This document shows positions 1-39,579 of a DNA stretch of 64,000 nt, one piece after another. Made by a program: the position numbers and the translations under genes. This DNA comes from Podarcis gaigeae. Its lineage: Eukaryota. Every line of letters starts with the position of its first letter. The first letter of the stretch is position 1. The stretch lies in NCBI GenBank assembly GCA_964106915.2, contig OZ066919.1, one strand, 5' to 3'. The notes under the pieces were generated by a model. It did no database searches and was not told the origin of the DNA. It saw only the letters and a program-made list of their open reading frames with translations.

Positions 1-256
1 ATACTGCAGACCCATTTATGCACGTTCAGTATGTGTGCATACGCCAAACCTGATAGTGGTCCAAAAAGTCACACAAGAGGCAGAGTAGGGTGTGGTGGAA
101 TGGGGGGTTTGCAGGCTTTTTCCAATGGTGTTTCAAATATACACAATTTCACTGATGTGTGCAGTGTCTCGGAACATAACCCCCACATAAATGTGTGTGT
201 GTCTGTGTGCACCTGTAATACATTTAAGATTCTGAATAGGAGCTTCCAGTACATAC

Positions 257-26885
<26,629 letters not shown>

Positions 26886-28514
26886 TTCAGTTCATTGAGC
26901 TAGAGGCTCCTTGATCACCCCCTCAAAATGAAAGGAAAACTCATTAGACAATAAATAAATAGACATGTTAACCAGTGAAAGTGACATAGCTTATTTGAGA
27001 AAAGAGGCATTCAGAAAGAAAGGTGCTGCTGCAAATGTCCCATGATGACATAGTTGTAGCTCTGCCTATTGTGTATTACAATGGATAATGTAACAGGATG
27101 GGCTCTCCTACCAGAGTATAGGAATACTTGGCTCAAGATACTGCCACAGCTCAGGCAGCGGTCAGATGAACTGTAACACTGCATTGAAACAATGCTGCTG
27201 GAAGACTGTTGTTGAGATGCTGACATGCATTCATCATTAAAACACTTTCACAATCCATGATACTGATTTTCCAGAAAATTTAGAACTAACTTTTTTTGTT
27301 CTGATTTCCCCCGAAAATTAGTTAGGATGTTAACATATTTAGTAAATTAAACTAAATCCAAAAAGTATGTCAGGTTAATTTTCCGTGTTGTGTTTCCTCA
27401 ACAGCTAAAGGTATTTGACCTGAAGTATCTGAAAAGAAAAACAATTCAGTAAAACACTTTATGTGATTTAAATGTTATATTTAAATCGGGGTGGAAAGCT
27501 GGATCTGTCTCTCCACTGCCATGGACCAAATGTGAGAGATGAATTGGGACAGCCACTTGACATCACAATGACATCAGGTGACCCTATTTTGCCTGCATGT
27601 ACAGGCAAATGAATTCACAGCCTGCAAAACTTTCAGCTGACTGTTGGGTCTCATGCAGCCCAAAGCAAAGTACGCCACGTGACCAGAAAATCAGCTGATA
27701 AGTTAGATCCTGTGGAACCCTTTTGCACAGGGTTTTGCAGGTGCTGCCAATAAGCTTGAAAAACTCCTTAGAGTTGAGCCATGTCTTTATCTGCCCCACA
27801 TCTGACTTGTGGGCCAAATGGGAAGGCCTGGTAGGCATGTTAAAGAAACTGATCTTCAGTGGGCAAATTAAGGGAACTGATCATTCCTTGGGTATATTAT
27901 ACATGTCCTGTAGTCAAACGAATATGCAAGTTCCATGGACACAACTGAAACAACAATGTGTTGCTGAGGAAATACGGCATGTTTCCTGTTGCAGTTTGAC
28001 TTCCACCAAAAACTACCACTACACAAATCTAATCTGCACAAGATCATATGGCTTGCTGCTCAGATGTACTAATGCTAACAACAGAGTCATCCCAAACTGC
28101 ATTCTTAGCTAAGATCATGTCATGTCATGTTACATTTTCCACTGAATCGCTCTACTTCTATAATTTTTTGAAGAATAATATTAAATAAAGGAAATAGCAA
28201 ACCTTATGGCTAGAATGACAAATATAAAATCAAAGCTGTAATTGCTGATCCCTAGGAAGTCAATATACTTATGCAAACAACTCTACAGGTATGCAAAAAC
28301 TTGTTATGTTAACAGTTTTCAGTGTCTGCAAATCACATTAAAATCTAAATAAATAATGAAAGAGAAATGTATTCTATGAATTATGATACCTTAAAATATT
28401 TACAGGCATTTAAAAATAATTTAACTCTTTGAGTAACATCACGTACTTTGCTGATGTAATAAAAAAAAGTGTTCTGTTATTTTTGACTACTGAGAAAATC
28501 TTCTATTCTGTATA

Positions 28515-28863
28515 CCGTATTTTTTGCCCTATAGGACGCACTTTTTCCCCTCCAAAAATGAAGGGGAAATGTGTGTGCGTCCTATGGGACGATGCAGGCT
28601 TTCGCTGAAGCCCGGAGAGCGAGAGGGGTTGGTGTGCACCGACCCCTTTTGCTCTCCAGGCTTCAGGCAGCTATCCGCAAGCCGTGGGAGAGCTGCACGA
28701 AGTCACGCAGCTCTCCCACGGCTTGTGGAGAGCTGCCTGTTCTGGGGGCTGGGGAAGCTCAGGCTTTCCCTGCCCCAGCCCCACGCCTGGGGGGGAAATA
28801 ATTCCCCCCCCCTTTATTTCCCCCCCAAAAAACTAGGTGCACCCTATGGGCTGAAAAATACGG
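28515..28863. mobile_element. Tc1/mariner MITE with CCGTA termini
   Basis: TA-CCGTATTTTT ... AAAAATACGG-TA. Confidence 0.85.
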
Positions 28864-29690
28864 TAAATATTTGAAAAGTTAACACCTCATAACAATACTT
28901 TTAGAAGGTTTGTTTACTAAATATAAATTAAACATACTAAATCAGAACTCTGTTAACTTAAGGGAGTCAAAAAATTACTGGAAAAAATCCAATTCAAAGT
29001 TTCTAAAAAAAACAACAACTAACATCGCTTGCTGAAATATTGCTTCCATATTCCTTCTTTTGTTTTCTACAACATTTTTCTCAGTAAACCATCACATACA
29101 TCTATAGACTGTGCAGCCTATATGTAGTCAATCAAACAGGATTTTCACTTTTTGTAATACAATTATGCTCCAAGTACAGTATGATCACATCTTACATTGG
29201 GGTTTGCTGGCAGTAGTATTCGCTCACAAGCAGGCTAGCCACCACATTCTATACTAGCTGCATATGACATCTGTGATGTTGTGAAGGTCCAACACTTAAA
29301 AAAAAAAAATAGCCCCCCTTTTCTGATTCCAATAATGCAAAAAAGGCCACAGCTGTATATGGTATGCAGAGTCAACTGTTACATGGTTTCAAGTGGTATG
29401 TAATCACAAACTAAAAAGGAGATGTAACAGTTCTGACTATCAATATATGCCAGATTACAAATGGCATATGTCAGCATCTGCTGAATCATTCATACTCTCA
29501 TCAAAGCATAGGAAAATGAAAGAAATAGGTTTCCACATCTGCCAGTATACCTGGCTTGAGGTCAAGAGGATTACCAGGATGATGGTCAAAAAATGGTAAA
29601 AATTTATTTTTTAAACCAGCCAGGGGAATCCAGTTACTGACAGCTCAACACATTAACATTTCCAGTTTAAAAAAATGTTCTATCAATATA

Positions 29691-29931
29691 AAGTCGTACC
29701 TTGGTTCTTAAACACAATGCGTTCCGGGAGTCCGGTAGACTCTTGGAACCATTCGAAAACCAAGGCGTGGCTTCCGATTGGCTGCAGGAGTGACCTGCAG
29801 CCAACTGGAAGCCGCGCTGGATGTTCAGCTTCCGAAAATCATTCAAAAATCAGAACACTCACTTCTGGGTTTCGATTGCTCTGGACCGATTTGTTTGGGA
29901 GCAAAGATGATTGAGATCCAAGGCATGACTG
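29691..29931. mobile_element. Tc1/mariner MITE, family B
   Basis: Degenerate TIRs, shared core. Confidence 0.8.
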
Positions 29932-30406
29932 TATACCACATTGCAATGAATTACAGTTAGTTCTCTTGTCTTTCAGGCAGCTCAGAAAACCAAGTAGAAA
30001 GACAACACAGCCAGTAAACCTTGGTGCATTTGCCAGACCGATGACGGATGTGGAATTCTGTTCTCTAAGGAAGGGAAGAGCTAGCAACCTCATGGCATTC
30101 CCTGGCTAAGGAATAGTGAGGCTAGCAGTGCCTACTGGTTCATCTCTTCCACTAGCGGAAGGTGGGGGACTGAAATTGGAAGTTTCCTTTTGAGATAAAC
30201 TACGGTTTGTTGGGTTCAGACAACATGACATGGTAAATAAAAATTTCTCTTAAATAATAACTAGATAAATATTAAATCATTTGGATATAAATTATGTAGC
30301 TGATTGACTCCAGCTATAAAAGCTGAGGCTGCTGAACAGGCTCTTGGACTGGGGTATTGTTTGGAGGGGTGTTTGGCTGTTATTGATATTATTTTCTATC
30401 TTTATA

Positions 30407-30640
30407 CAGTCAATCCTTGGTTTTCAAACGTCACAGCTGCTGAACGTTTCAGAAGCTGAAAACTCTGAAGTGAATGCTTCCATTTTCGTACACGCCTCGG
30501 AAGTCAAACAGCTTCCACAGCGCATTTTTCCATTTTCACCATTCACTTTGATGACAGCCCTTTGATTTTCTGTTTTCAAACGTTTTGCAAGTTGAACAGA
30601 CTTCCAGAAATGATTACATTTGAAAACCAAGGTTCCGCTG
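30407..30640. mobile_element. Tc1/mariner MITE, related family
   Basis: TA-CAG..ccttggttttcaaac / tttgaaaaccaagg..CTG-TA. Confidence 0.75.
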
Positions 30641-31361
30641 TATTTAGAAATATGTGGAAAGTGTTCAATTTTGTTGTGTACTTTTTGTTGTGTTTTATTT
30701 ATTGTTTACGGCTTTATTGTAATTATGCAAATCTTTCCATGTAAATAAAATGCTGATAAAATACATTTCTAGTTTCCCAACTAACATCAGATCTTATTCC
30801 TATTGGTCATTGGAATTTCATTTTTGTTTGCCATTTTCTTTTGTGATGCTTTGACTACACCATGGTAGAGTGAAGCAACATTGGAAATTTGACAAAACTG
30901 TGCTGTGTGCAGGTTCCTATAATCCCATGCCTGGCCTCAGAAACTGTGAGAGCTGCAGGCCAGACTAACCCTATATGAGGATATTTTAAAGACATTCCCT
31001 CCAGTGTTTGAAATTAGCCAGGCACATTTTGCAGGCCACTTGCAACCAAGTGAAGATGTCTGGGAGCCAAGGTGGTGCCTGACATCTCCATCTGGAGGTG
31101 CATGCATGGGGATCACTTTATCCCTGGATAAAGTGACTTTTCTTCTTTAAGTTCTCAGAATTCTTAACATAGCTCAATGTTATCATCTGAACTACCCAAA
31201 TGTTTAACTGATAATCTATCACAATCAGTCCATCATTTGAAAAATAAGACTTGCCCAAAAAAAGGGAACTAGACATTCCGTTTGGGAGACTGTAACTTTG
31301 GTTTAAGGAGCCATTTGACCCCTAGATTGTATATCTGAGTTTCTAACACTGATTCCCTCTA

Positions 31362-31603
31362 CAGTGGTACCTCAGGTTACATACGCTTCAGGTTACATAC
31401 GCTTCCGGTTACAGACTCCGCTAACCCAGAAATAGTTCTTCAGGTTAAGAACTTTGCTTCAGGATGAGAACAGAAATCGTGCTCCGGTGGCACGACAGCA
31501 GCAGGAGGCCCCATTAGCTAAAGTGGTGCTTCAGGTTAAGAACAGTTTCAGGTTAAGTACGGACCTCAGGAACGAATTAAGTACTTAACCCGAGGTACCA
31601 CTG
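31362..31603. mobile_element. Tc1/mariner MITE, family A (opposite orientation)
   Basis: CAGTGGTACCTC TIRs, TA TSD. Confidence 0.88.
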
Positions 31604-31994
31604 TATAGGTAAAAAAAGAAAATATGCAAAATGTGACATCATAATAATATGTGACAAAGATGTAGGCTTTTGATGTAAGAATGAAATAACAGTATTAATA
31701 ATAATATTCTTATGTAGTTTTGAATTAACATGGTCAGATGCAAAACATTGTTTTGCAAAAATATGAATAATATAAATGGATAAGTCCATTTAAATCTATC
31801 ATTTGAGTTCGTTTCCTTTCCTAATGATTTAAATCAGGCACATCCAACTCCCAAGAGACTGTGATCTACTCCCAGTATAAAAAAAACTGGCAGTGATCTA
31901 CCCATTGTCATTGGAGGAAGGTGGAGTTTGTGTGGGGTGGGTGGGTGGAAAGGAAGGATTGCCCAAAGTTGGGGGATTGCCCAGGGGAGGATTT

Positions 31995-32960
31995 CCCAGA
32001 GGATTTGGGAGCTGGGGGCACTGTTATGCAGTGGTTCCACTCCTTTCTCCTGGGTCGTGTCCAGAGAGTGGTGTTGGAGGAGTGTTCAGACCTCTGGGCT
32101 CTCAGTTGTGGGGTGCTTCAGGGCTCTGTCCTCTCCCTCATGCTTTTCAACATCTTTATGAAGCCATTGTGATAGATCACCAAGAGGTTTGGGCTGGGTG
32201 TTCACCAGTATGCGGATGATACCCAGCACTACCTCTCCTTTAAATTGGAACCAGTGAAGGCAGTGAAGGTCCTGTGTGAGTGTCTGGTGGTGGTTGGAGG
32301 ATGGGTGGCTGCTAATAGACTGAGGTTGAATCCTGACAAGATAGAAGTACAGTGGTACCTCTGGTTAAGAACGTAATTTGTTCTGTAGGTCTGTTCTTAA
32401 CCTGAAGTACCACTTTAGCTAATGGGGCCTCCCGCTGCCGCCACACAATTTCTGTTCTCATCCTGAAGCAAAGTTCTTAACCTGAGGTACTATTTCTGGG
32501 TTAGCGGAGTCTGTAACCTGAAGCGTCTGTAACCCAAGGTATCACTGTACTGTTGTACTGTTATAGAGGGACAGGGGGCGGACAGGTGTGGACTCCCTGT
32601 CTTGAATGGGTAACTGTGCCCCTGAAGGACCAGGTGCGCAGCTTGCAAGTCATTTTGGACTCATCCATGGAGGCACATGTCAATTCTGTGTCCAGGGAAA
32701 ATACCAGCTTCATCTGGTACGCCAACTGAGACCCTACCTGCCCGTGCACCGTCATGCCAGAGTGGTGCATGCTCTGGTTATCTCCTGCTTGGACTACTAA
32801 AATGCGCTCTATGTCACCTTTGAAGGTGACTTGGAAACTACAATTAATCCAGAATGTAGCAGGAAGACTGGTGACTGGGAGCAGCCGCTGGGACCATACA
32901 ACACTGCTCTTAAAGGATCTACATTGGCTCCCAGTTGGTGCTGACTTTTAAAGCCCTAAA
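31995..32960 (+). mobile_element. L2/CR1-clade LINE RT fragment, interrupted by a MITE
   Basis: CGVLQGSVLSLMLFNIFM, YADDTQ, LRLNPDK, LHWLPV motifs with frameshifts. Confidence 0.88.
32350..32547. mobile_element. Tc1/mariner MITE, family A, nested in L2
   Basis: TIRs and TA TSD inside the L2 RT sequence. Confidence 0.88.
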
Positions 32961-34069
32961 CCATGGGTAGGCAAACTAAGGGCCGAGATTTATCACCTTA
33001 TAAATCCGGCCCATGGACGGTCTGGGAATCAGCGTGTTTTTACATGAGTAGAATGTGTGATTTAAAATGCATGAAGTCAGTGACAAGGGGAGTGACAGGG
33101 TCCCAATGACCACAATATCCAGCTTGGCCAGCAAAGCAAGTAAAAATTTGTTGCAGGAACACCATTAGGACATATTTTAAGCTAATACAAGATGGTTTAA
33201 AGAGGCTAGGATGGTGGCTGTTTATATCAAGCAATGGGACTTATCTCTCCCCCCCCCCCAAGTTTTTCCTCTTCCTCACCAATTTCATACTGATGTCATA
33301 CAGACTAGGCTTAAACAGCCTTCCTCTCCTTAAACAACACCAAATGTGTGGTAGCCAAACAATGGCAATACAACCATAGCCTCTCTTAGGGAAGATGCCC
33401 CAACTTTAATATATGACAATGATTACCAACCCGCAAATGTCAATAACTAATTTGTACCAATTCTTGTGTCTTCAAGATGCTAGAAATATTGCAAACATGT
33501 GAACCAATGAGTAAGTTTATATTTTCTCAGCACAATGACTCCAGTGAAGAACTCCATGTTTAGGAAGGCTGGTAGGAGAGTCGGTAACTGTGAATTGGAG
33601 GCCACTGAGGTGCTATCCTCAGATGGCAAAGAAATCACTTTTTCTTCCCCAATCAACCCCCCTTCTCACATACACTGGCATCCACCATCTCATGGTCCTG
33701 GGACCAAATAACTTGAAGGTGTACCTTTCTCCATGCAGCCCAACCAACACTTTAGAGTGCAGTTGAGGGTGAAAGTGGGAGAGAGGCCTTTCTCTACCTC
33801 TGATGGACCTCCCTTGAGTGGGAGATCAGGCAGCCCTTCCTTAGCCACGTTTCAGCAAATTCTGAAGGCATTCGTATTTGTCTAGGCCTCTGGAAGCGGA
33901 AGGTACTTTTAGGCATTACCGGTTTTATTGCTGACATTTTAATTACCAGATACGGTTTTCATCAGGTTTTATAGACTGCTAGCCGCCCTGAAGAACCCTT
34001 CAGGGGGTCGGCTGGGATGGAGATTTTTTTTTAAGAAACCAACAAACACAACCAGCCAGCTAAATGTAT

Positions 34070-34985
34070 CCCCGAGGGGGCTGCTGCAAAACCTCACCCT
34101 GCCTGACGAAACGAATTAAATCGGGCGGTGGTGGTGCATCCCCAAGCAATAAAGGATCCGCAGCAGCCTAGGCCTGGATTAGTCAGGAGAAAGTTACTCA
34201 TTTTCCCTCTCCCAGGGAAGGAATCTGGGGAAGAGGAGGAGGGCGAGGGGAAAGGGACGCGCCGGAAGCTTCCGCGTGAAAAGGGAAAAGGGAAGCGGGG
34301 ACGAAAGAATGGCGCCGGAAAGCCTTCAAAGTGGGAAAGGGCAGGATGCGCAAGAGACGGGGAAATAAAATAAGGCCGCGTCCCCAATTCCTCCGCGCTC
34401 GTCTCCGCCCCCCCCCCGCGCCCCCTCTCCTCGTTCCTCCGCCACCAAGCGCAGCAGCATCCCTGCCCCATTCAGAAGCGGGGGGAGGAGGAGGAGGAGG
34501 AGGCCGGAGCCGCTCCTCTTTCTCTCACTCCGGCCCGCCGGCCTCGCCTCAGGCCCCGCAACTGGCCCCTCATGCGGCGGCGGCCTCCCCGCGCCGGGTG
34601 CGGGAGGGCGAAGCCTCCCACGGCCGCCGGCTTGACGCGCCCGCTCCTCCCCGGCGTCGCCCTCCGTCCCCGCGCTCCCTCCCCGCCTCCCGTTAGCTCC
34701 GCGCGGAGCCGCCTCGGGCGCGCACTCACCGAGGCCGAAGCAAGCGCCTGCCGTCGCCTCCACACACAGCGGGGCCAAGATGGCGGGCGGGTAGCCAAGC
34801 CGGCGGCGCCTCGCGAGCGTCTGACCTCACCGCGCACGCACGCACGCGGCGGCCAGCCCCACGTGACCCTGGGGCTTCGGCGCTCTGGCCGACGCCTGCC
34901 TTCCCTTGCCGACGCCAGAGCTGGGAGTGCGGCGGCGCCACCTACGGGGCGCCTCGGGAACGGCAGCGGGGCCGCGCCTTGCCTC
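34070..34985 (-). promoter_or_regulatory. PRRC2C: CpG island / PRRC2C promoter with non-coding exon 1 (~34800-34730) and YY1 site
   Basis: Very GC- and CpG-rich block; YY1 consensus CAAGATGGCGG at 34776-34786; minus-strand donor TCG|GTGAGT at 34730/34729. Confidence 0.85.
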
Positions 34986-35287
34986 TAAACAGGAGTTCTC
35001 AGGTTGCTACAAGGCGGATCCAAGAGGTTTCCATCATTGTGGACCTCTCAGCTGCACCTGAGGCAGCTTGAAAAGTAAGGGCAAGGAGGTGGTGCTGGAT
35101 ATGGGTCATGAGGAATAAGGGAGAAAGAATACAGAAGAAGATCTATTGGAAAACAGTAGAAATTAGTTACTTCCAGCTTTCCCCTGTGCCCTGCTCCCTG
35201 CCTGTTGAGGAGAAGAGTGTCGGAGCAGTATGTGTGGAGTTCACATATGGCAAAGGGAATACTATCAGGACACAAGAGAGCTGGTTG

Positions 35288-35814
35288 TGTTAAAAGAATG
35301 CCAAGGTGTCATAAATGAAATGAATGTTCATAAGTGCACATACATAAGTACATCCTGAAGCCATCATGACTCTCCATCATGACTCTCAGATGAATAGGGG
35401 AGATCTGGGACAATGGATTCAAGAACTAAGGTATTTACTATTTCAAAAGAATGACCCAGACAGACCAGGATAAGGTGATCAGCAAGCATTATCAGGTATC
35501 TTGACAGGCAGGAGGGAAGCCACTCTTTCACATTTCTGTTGTAGACCTCCTCTTTCTGTGATGCTGGTATGATGCTTGTAAGGTGGCTATTGGTGGGGGG
35601 GAGGCAATTTCTTACATACTTTTTCTGGGTCCTCACCTCCATGCAAGACGGGAAGGGGGAAGGACTCTGTTGCAACAGAAAAATAAAGACTTGACTTGCT
35701 TTGACTGGTTCCTGCCTCCATGAATTCTTCTTTGACCAGTAATGGACTTAAGGGACACAGAGTCCCTTGGTGGGGAGTTGGGTTGTAAAAGCCAAAGCCA
35801 AATTTTCCTTATCA
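35288..35814 (+). mobile_element. Possible older ERV-type solo LTR
   Basis: TGTTAA...TTATCA ends, near-match 4-bp flanks GTTG/GTTT, AATAAA at ~35682. Confidence 0.4.
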
Positions 35815-36573
35815 GTTTCTGCAGTTACATATAACAAGATGTGTACCCTCACTCTTCCTTACTTGTGTGGTGTGGAGTGATCTGGGATGTGGTTTTGGTG
35901 TTGAGTGTTTGATATGGTGAGGATTCTACATGGCGAAGTGTTAGCAACATGCTCAAGCTCCTAGGAGTGCTATGATGCTGTGTCCTAGTGCCCCCTTTAT
36001 GTCCTCTGCCCTTTCTTTATAACTTCCCATCACAAGTTTCCACTTGTGATCTCTAGATGTGCATGAGAGATATGAACGCAGACAACCCAGCCTATTTTGG
36101 GTGTTAAGTTCTTCCTCTTCTTTATAGACTCTGGCTGCGAGTATGCTTTGTTAAGGTTTTGATTTACAACATATCCTATGCTCTGTCACAGTGGCATGAG
36201 AGGGATGAATGCCAGGGTAGGGACACCTGTTATATATTTATATATTTATTGCAGTCTGCAGAAAGCATAAAATGGTCCAGAGGAATTCTCCAAATTATGG
36301 ACCCCAAATACAAAATTGAAGACACTTTTATAACATTCTCTTTACATGATTAGCTCGTGAACGATCTTTTCCAAGGACAGCGGCATAGCAACCCCCGCTG
36401 GCATCTGGGGAGGACCAGCATTTTGGGGAACACCCCGTGGCTTTGCCCATGTGCAGCACCCAAGAAGCCCAACAACCACCGTGCAGCCCTGCCCCCACCT
36501 AGCTGCATGGACAGCTGGTGAACACCTTGTGCTTACTTTTCACTGGGCTACAAAAATGTGCTTCTACCTATTT

Positions 36574-37305
36574 TTGTTGTTGTTTAGTCGTTTAGTCGTG
36601 TCCAACTCTTTGTGACCCCCTGGACCAGAGCACGCCAGGCACTTCCGTCTTCCACTGCCTTCCGCAGTTTGGTCAAACTCATGCTGGTAGCTTCGAGAAC
36701 GCTGTCCCACCATCTCGCCCTCTGTCGTCCCCTTCTTCTTGTGCCCTCCATGTTTCCCAACATCAGGGTCTTTTCCAGGGAGTCTTCTCTTCTCATGAGG
36801 TGGCCAAAGTATTGGAGCCTCAGCTTCACGATCTGTCCTTCCAGTGAGCACTCAGGGCTGATTTCCTTAAGAATGGATACGTTTGATCTTCTTGCAGTCC
36901 ATGGGACTCTAAGAGTCTCCTCCAACAGCATAATTCAAAAGCATCAATTCTTCGGCGATCAGCCTTCTTTATGGTCCAGCTTTCACTTCCATACGTCACT
37001 ATTGGGAAAAAGATAGCTTTAACTATACGGACCTTTGTTGGCAAGGTGATGTCTCTGCTTTTTAAGATGCTCTCTAGGTTTGTCCTTGCTTTTCTCCCAA
37101 GAAGCAGGCATCTTTTAATTCCATGACTGCTGTCACCATCTGCAATGATCATGGAGCCCAAGAAAGTAAAATCTCTCACTGCCTCCATTTCTTCCCCTTC
37201 TATTTGCCAGGAGGTGATGGGACCAGTGGCCATGATCTTCATTTTTTTGATGTTGAGCTTCAGACCATATTTTGCGCTCTCCTCTTCCACCCTTTTCACT
37301 CTTTC
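36574..37305 (-). mobile_element. RTE/BovB LINE, 5'-truncated 3' fragment
   Basis: RT C-terminus GLKLNIKKMK...YGSESWTIKKADRRRIDAFEL..LQYFGHLMRREDSLEKTLMLG; (CAA)n tail. Confidence 0.93.
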
Positions 37306-38826
37306 TATAACAACACATAATTCTATAACAACACATAATTTTAAAATGAAGTTATAAATCCATCCATTCTTCTGTCTCCTGCAAAGTGTTGCATTTTGGG
37401 TAGTCTGTTACATGAAGCGGTCAGTCTGAGTGATTGTTCTTTGGAACATTAGTCTCTTCAAGGCCACTTTGTCTTTCTGCTATGCAAAGCTGATAAGAGA
37501 GGCTCTGCTTGCTAGCAAAATACAAAAATGCATCTTCTATTCATAGGTAGGGGTGCATGGAGAAGAGAAAAATGGTTTAAACTTCCAAATCTGTGTTTTT
37601 GACTCTACAGTGTAAGAACACAAACGGGAATGCAATCCTTCCCTTATTCAATTGACAGAGATTATCTGATTGATACTGGACATTTTTGGCTTTGGGACTT
37701 AATGAGCATTATGTTAAGTGTGTAAAACAATGGCATTAAAAAGCTCTGGTTAGCTAGGTATCTGCTTTTATACAGGACAATGACACAGACACTTTGTGGT
37801 TGTTACTGTGAGAAGATGTTTATGCAGACTCAGCACTTAGCAGGCTGTGTATCAGAAACATGGCTTTGACAGAGGGTGAGAGCATAGGGGTGCGTTCTAC
37901 AGGTTCTGACATACTTCCTGGGCCAGGTCATGACACCCAGGTATCACACGCACAAACACACACCCAGATGCAAACACACAAGGGTGCCACATACACAGAA
38001 GTGACACACATTCAACAGCAGGGCCTGAAATTTAGGCATTAAGGATAGCACCTAAGCATGTGCAGAGTCTATTCCTTTGCTCACCAAGAGCTGCAACCTG
38101 TCCCCACATGCTTAGGGTTAAACAGATTCCAAAGCAGATGGCCTCACTTTTTTTAGAGAGAGGAAAAAAGAAAAAGAAAAGAAACCACTAACTTCAAGCA
38201 CTGATTCAAGATTGTCAGGTACCTCTTTTAGGCCTGAGCTGAAGTTCCCTTAGATTCAGATTGCCCCTCTCCCTGCAGCCAGGATTAAAACAGCAAGTGA
38301 GAGGAGCTTTAGTCCACTCACGAATACTCTCTCCCCACGACTCATAGATAGCCCTGCTCTGCTCCCATCTCCCTTGCCTGCTCACCCACAACCCAGAAGG
38401 CTCCCATCTGCAACATGAGGAGAGATTATCAAAACCTCAGGCACACAAATCAGACCACACGCTGTCCATGACCTCTCCTTACCCTTTGCGGGGGTGGGCA
38501 GGGAGCTAGAGAATGAATTTGCGGTGACATTCCCACCTGTGTCAAAGTCACCTAAAATCCACAGCAGATAGATCATTGTTGGGAGAATAGCACATAATTT
38601 AATAGACCTCTACCATGTCCCCACTTCCTTTTTGTTTTACTAAACTTAAAAAGCCACAAATGTTGTAACCTTAGAGCCAACTAAAGAGCTGTAGACTGAT
38701 GAGCAGGAGACGGAGGAAGTAAACAGTGATGTTATAATCCTGCTCTCAGCTGCATTCAGGACGTTTACAAACTTTCCACTGTTGCGAGTACATTTTCTTG
38801 GAAACAGTAATAACTACAACAAAAAG

Positions 38827-39090
38827 TGTTATGTACTGAAGTTCTCACCCTGGGCCAGCAGGGGGATACTGTAGATAGTTTTCACTCAGGTCCGCATATG
38901 CAAATAAGGAATTGAAAGTGACGTTCAGTCATTGGATAGTTACAGAAAGTTGTTACTGTTGCTTTGTAGTTGAGCTCTATATAAGCAGGCTGGCTGAACC
39001 CTTCAGCCCTGTTCTGTTCTGGCCTGTGAAGAAACAAGAGCTGTTTGAAGAATCGCTGTGTTGTCTGATATGTTCACCCACAACTTAACA
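38827..39090 (+). mobile_element. Solo LTR, 264 bp
   Basis: TGTTA...TAACA termini, perfect 5-bp TSD AAAAG (38822-38826 / 39091-39095), TATATAAG at 38978. Confidence 0.88.
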
Positions 39091-39579
39091 AAAAGCCTCT
39101 TTTTTTGTCTTCCCCTTTGGTAGGCATAGAAGAGCTAGGCATAGAAATGCATACTTTGGGACATGAATGTTATTTGCTTGTGCTTATTTTAACTGCTTGA
39201 TATATTTTTGCTGAATATTCATTATTCCTCATGTCTCATAATTTATGGAAGTGTGTTGCTCGGTCACAGTGAGTAGTGTGAACATTTTGGGGGAAGGGAA
39301 GAGTCAGATTGCTTGGTAGCAATGGGAAATTACACAGCACTCAAACACACCAAAGTGAATACTGCTGCTTTGTTAACTTCACTACCAGGATTGCCAAATA
39401 CATACATCTAGGAACAGTTACAGGGATTGGGAAATATCAGCTTATGCAACAATCCTGTGATTTACAGGAAGCATGACCTTTGCACTTTTCTTGTATGTGT
39501 TAGAAATAACTTGTTAGCTGACTTCCTCCTGTAGAAGTAAGTGTGCCGAGAAGTTTCTTTCCAGACACCAGACTGAGTC

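Noticed and set aside
27162-27237. Minus-strand ATGATGA ... CTGA spaced ~76 nt, like a box C/D snoRNA (PRRC2 paralogues host snoRNAs)
   Set aside because: No terminal stem, no clear C'/D' boxes and no recognisable rRNA/snRNA guide; a snoscan/Infernal hit would be needed
34094-34988. Several 120-150 aa ORFs on both strands
   Set aside because: Stop-poor CpG-island sequence with low-complexity Arg/Gly/Ala/Pro translations
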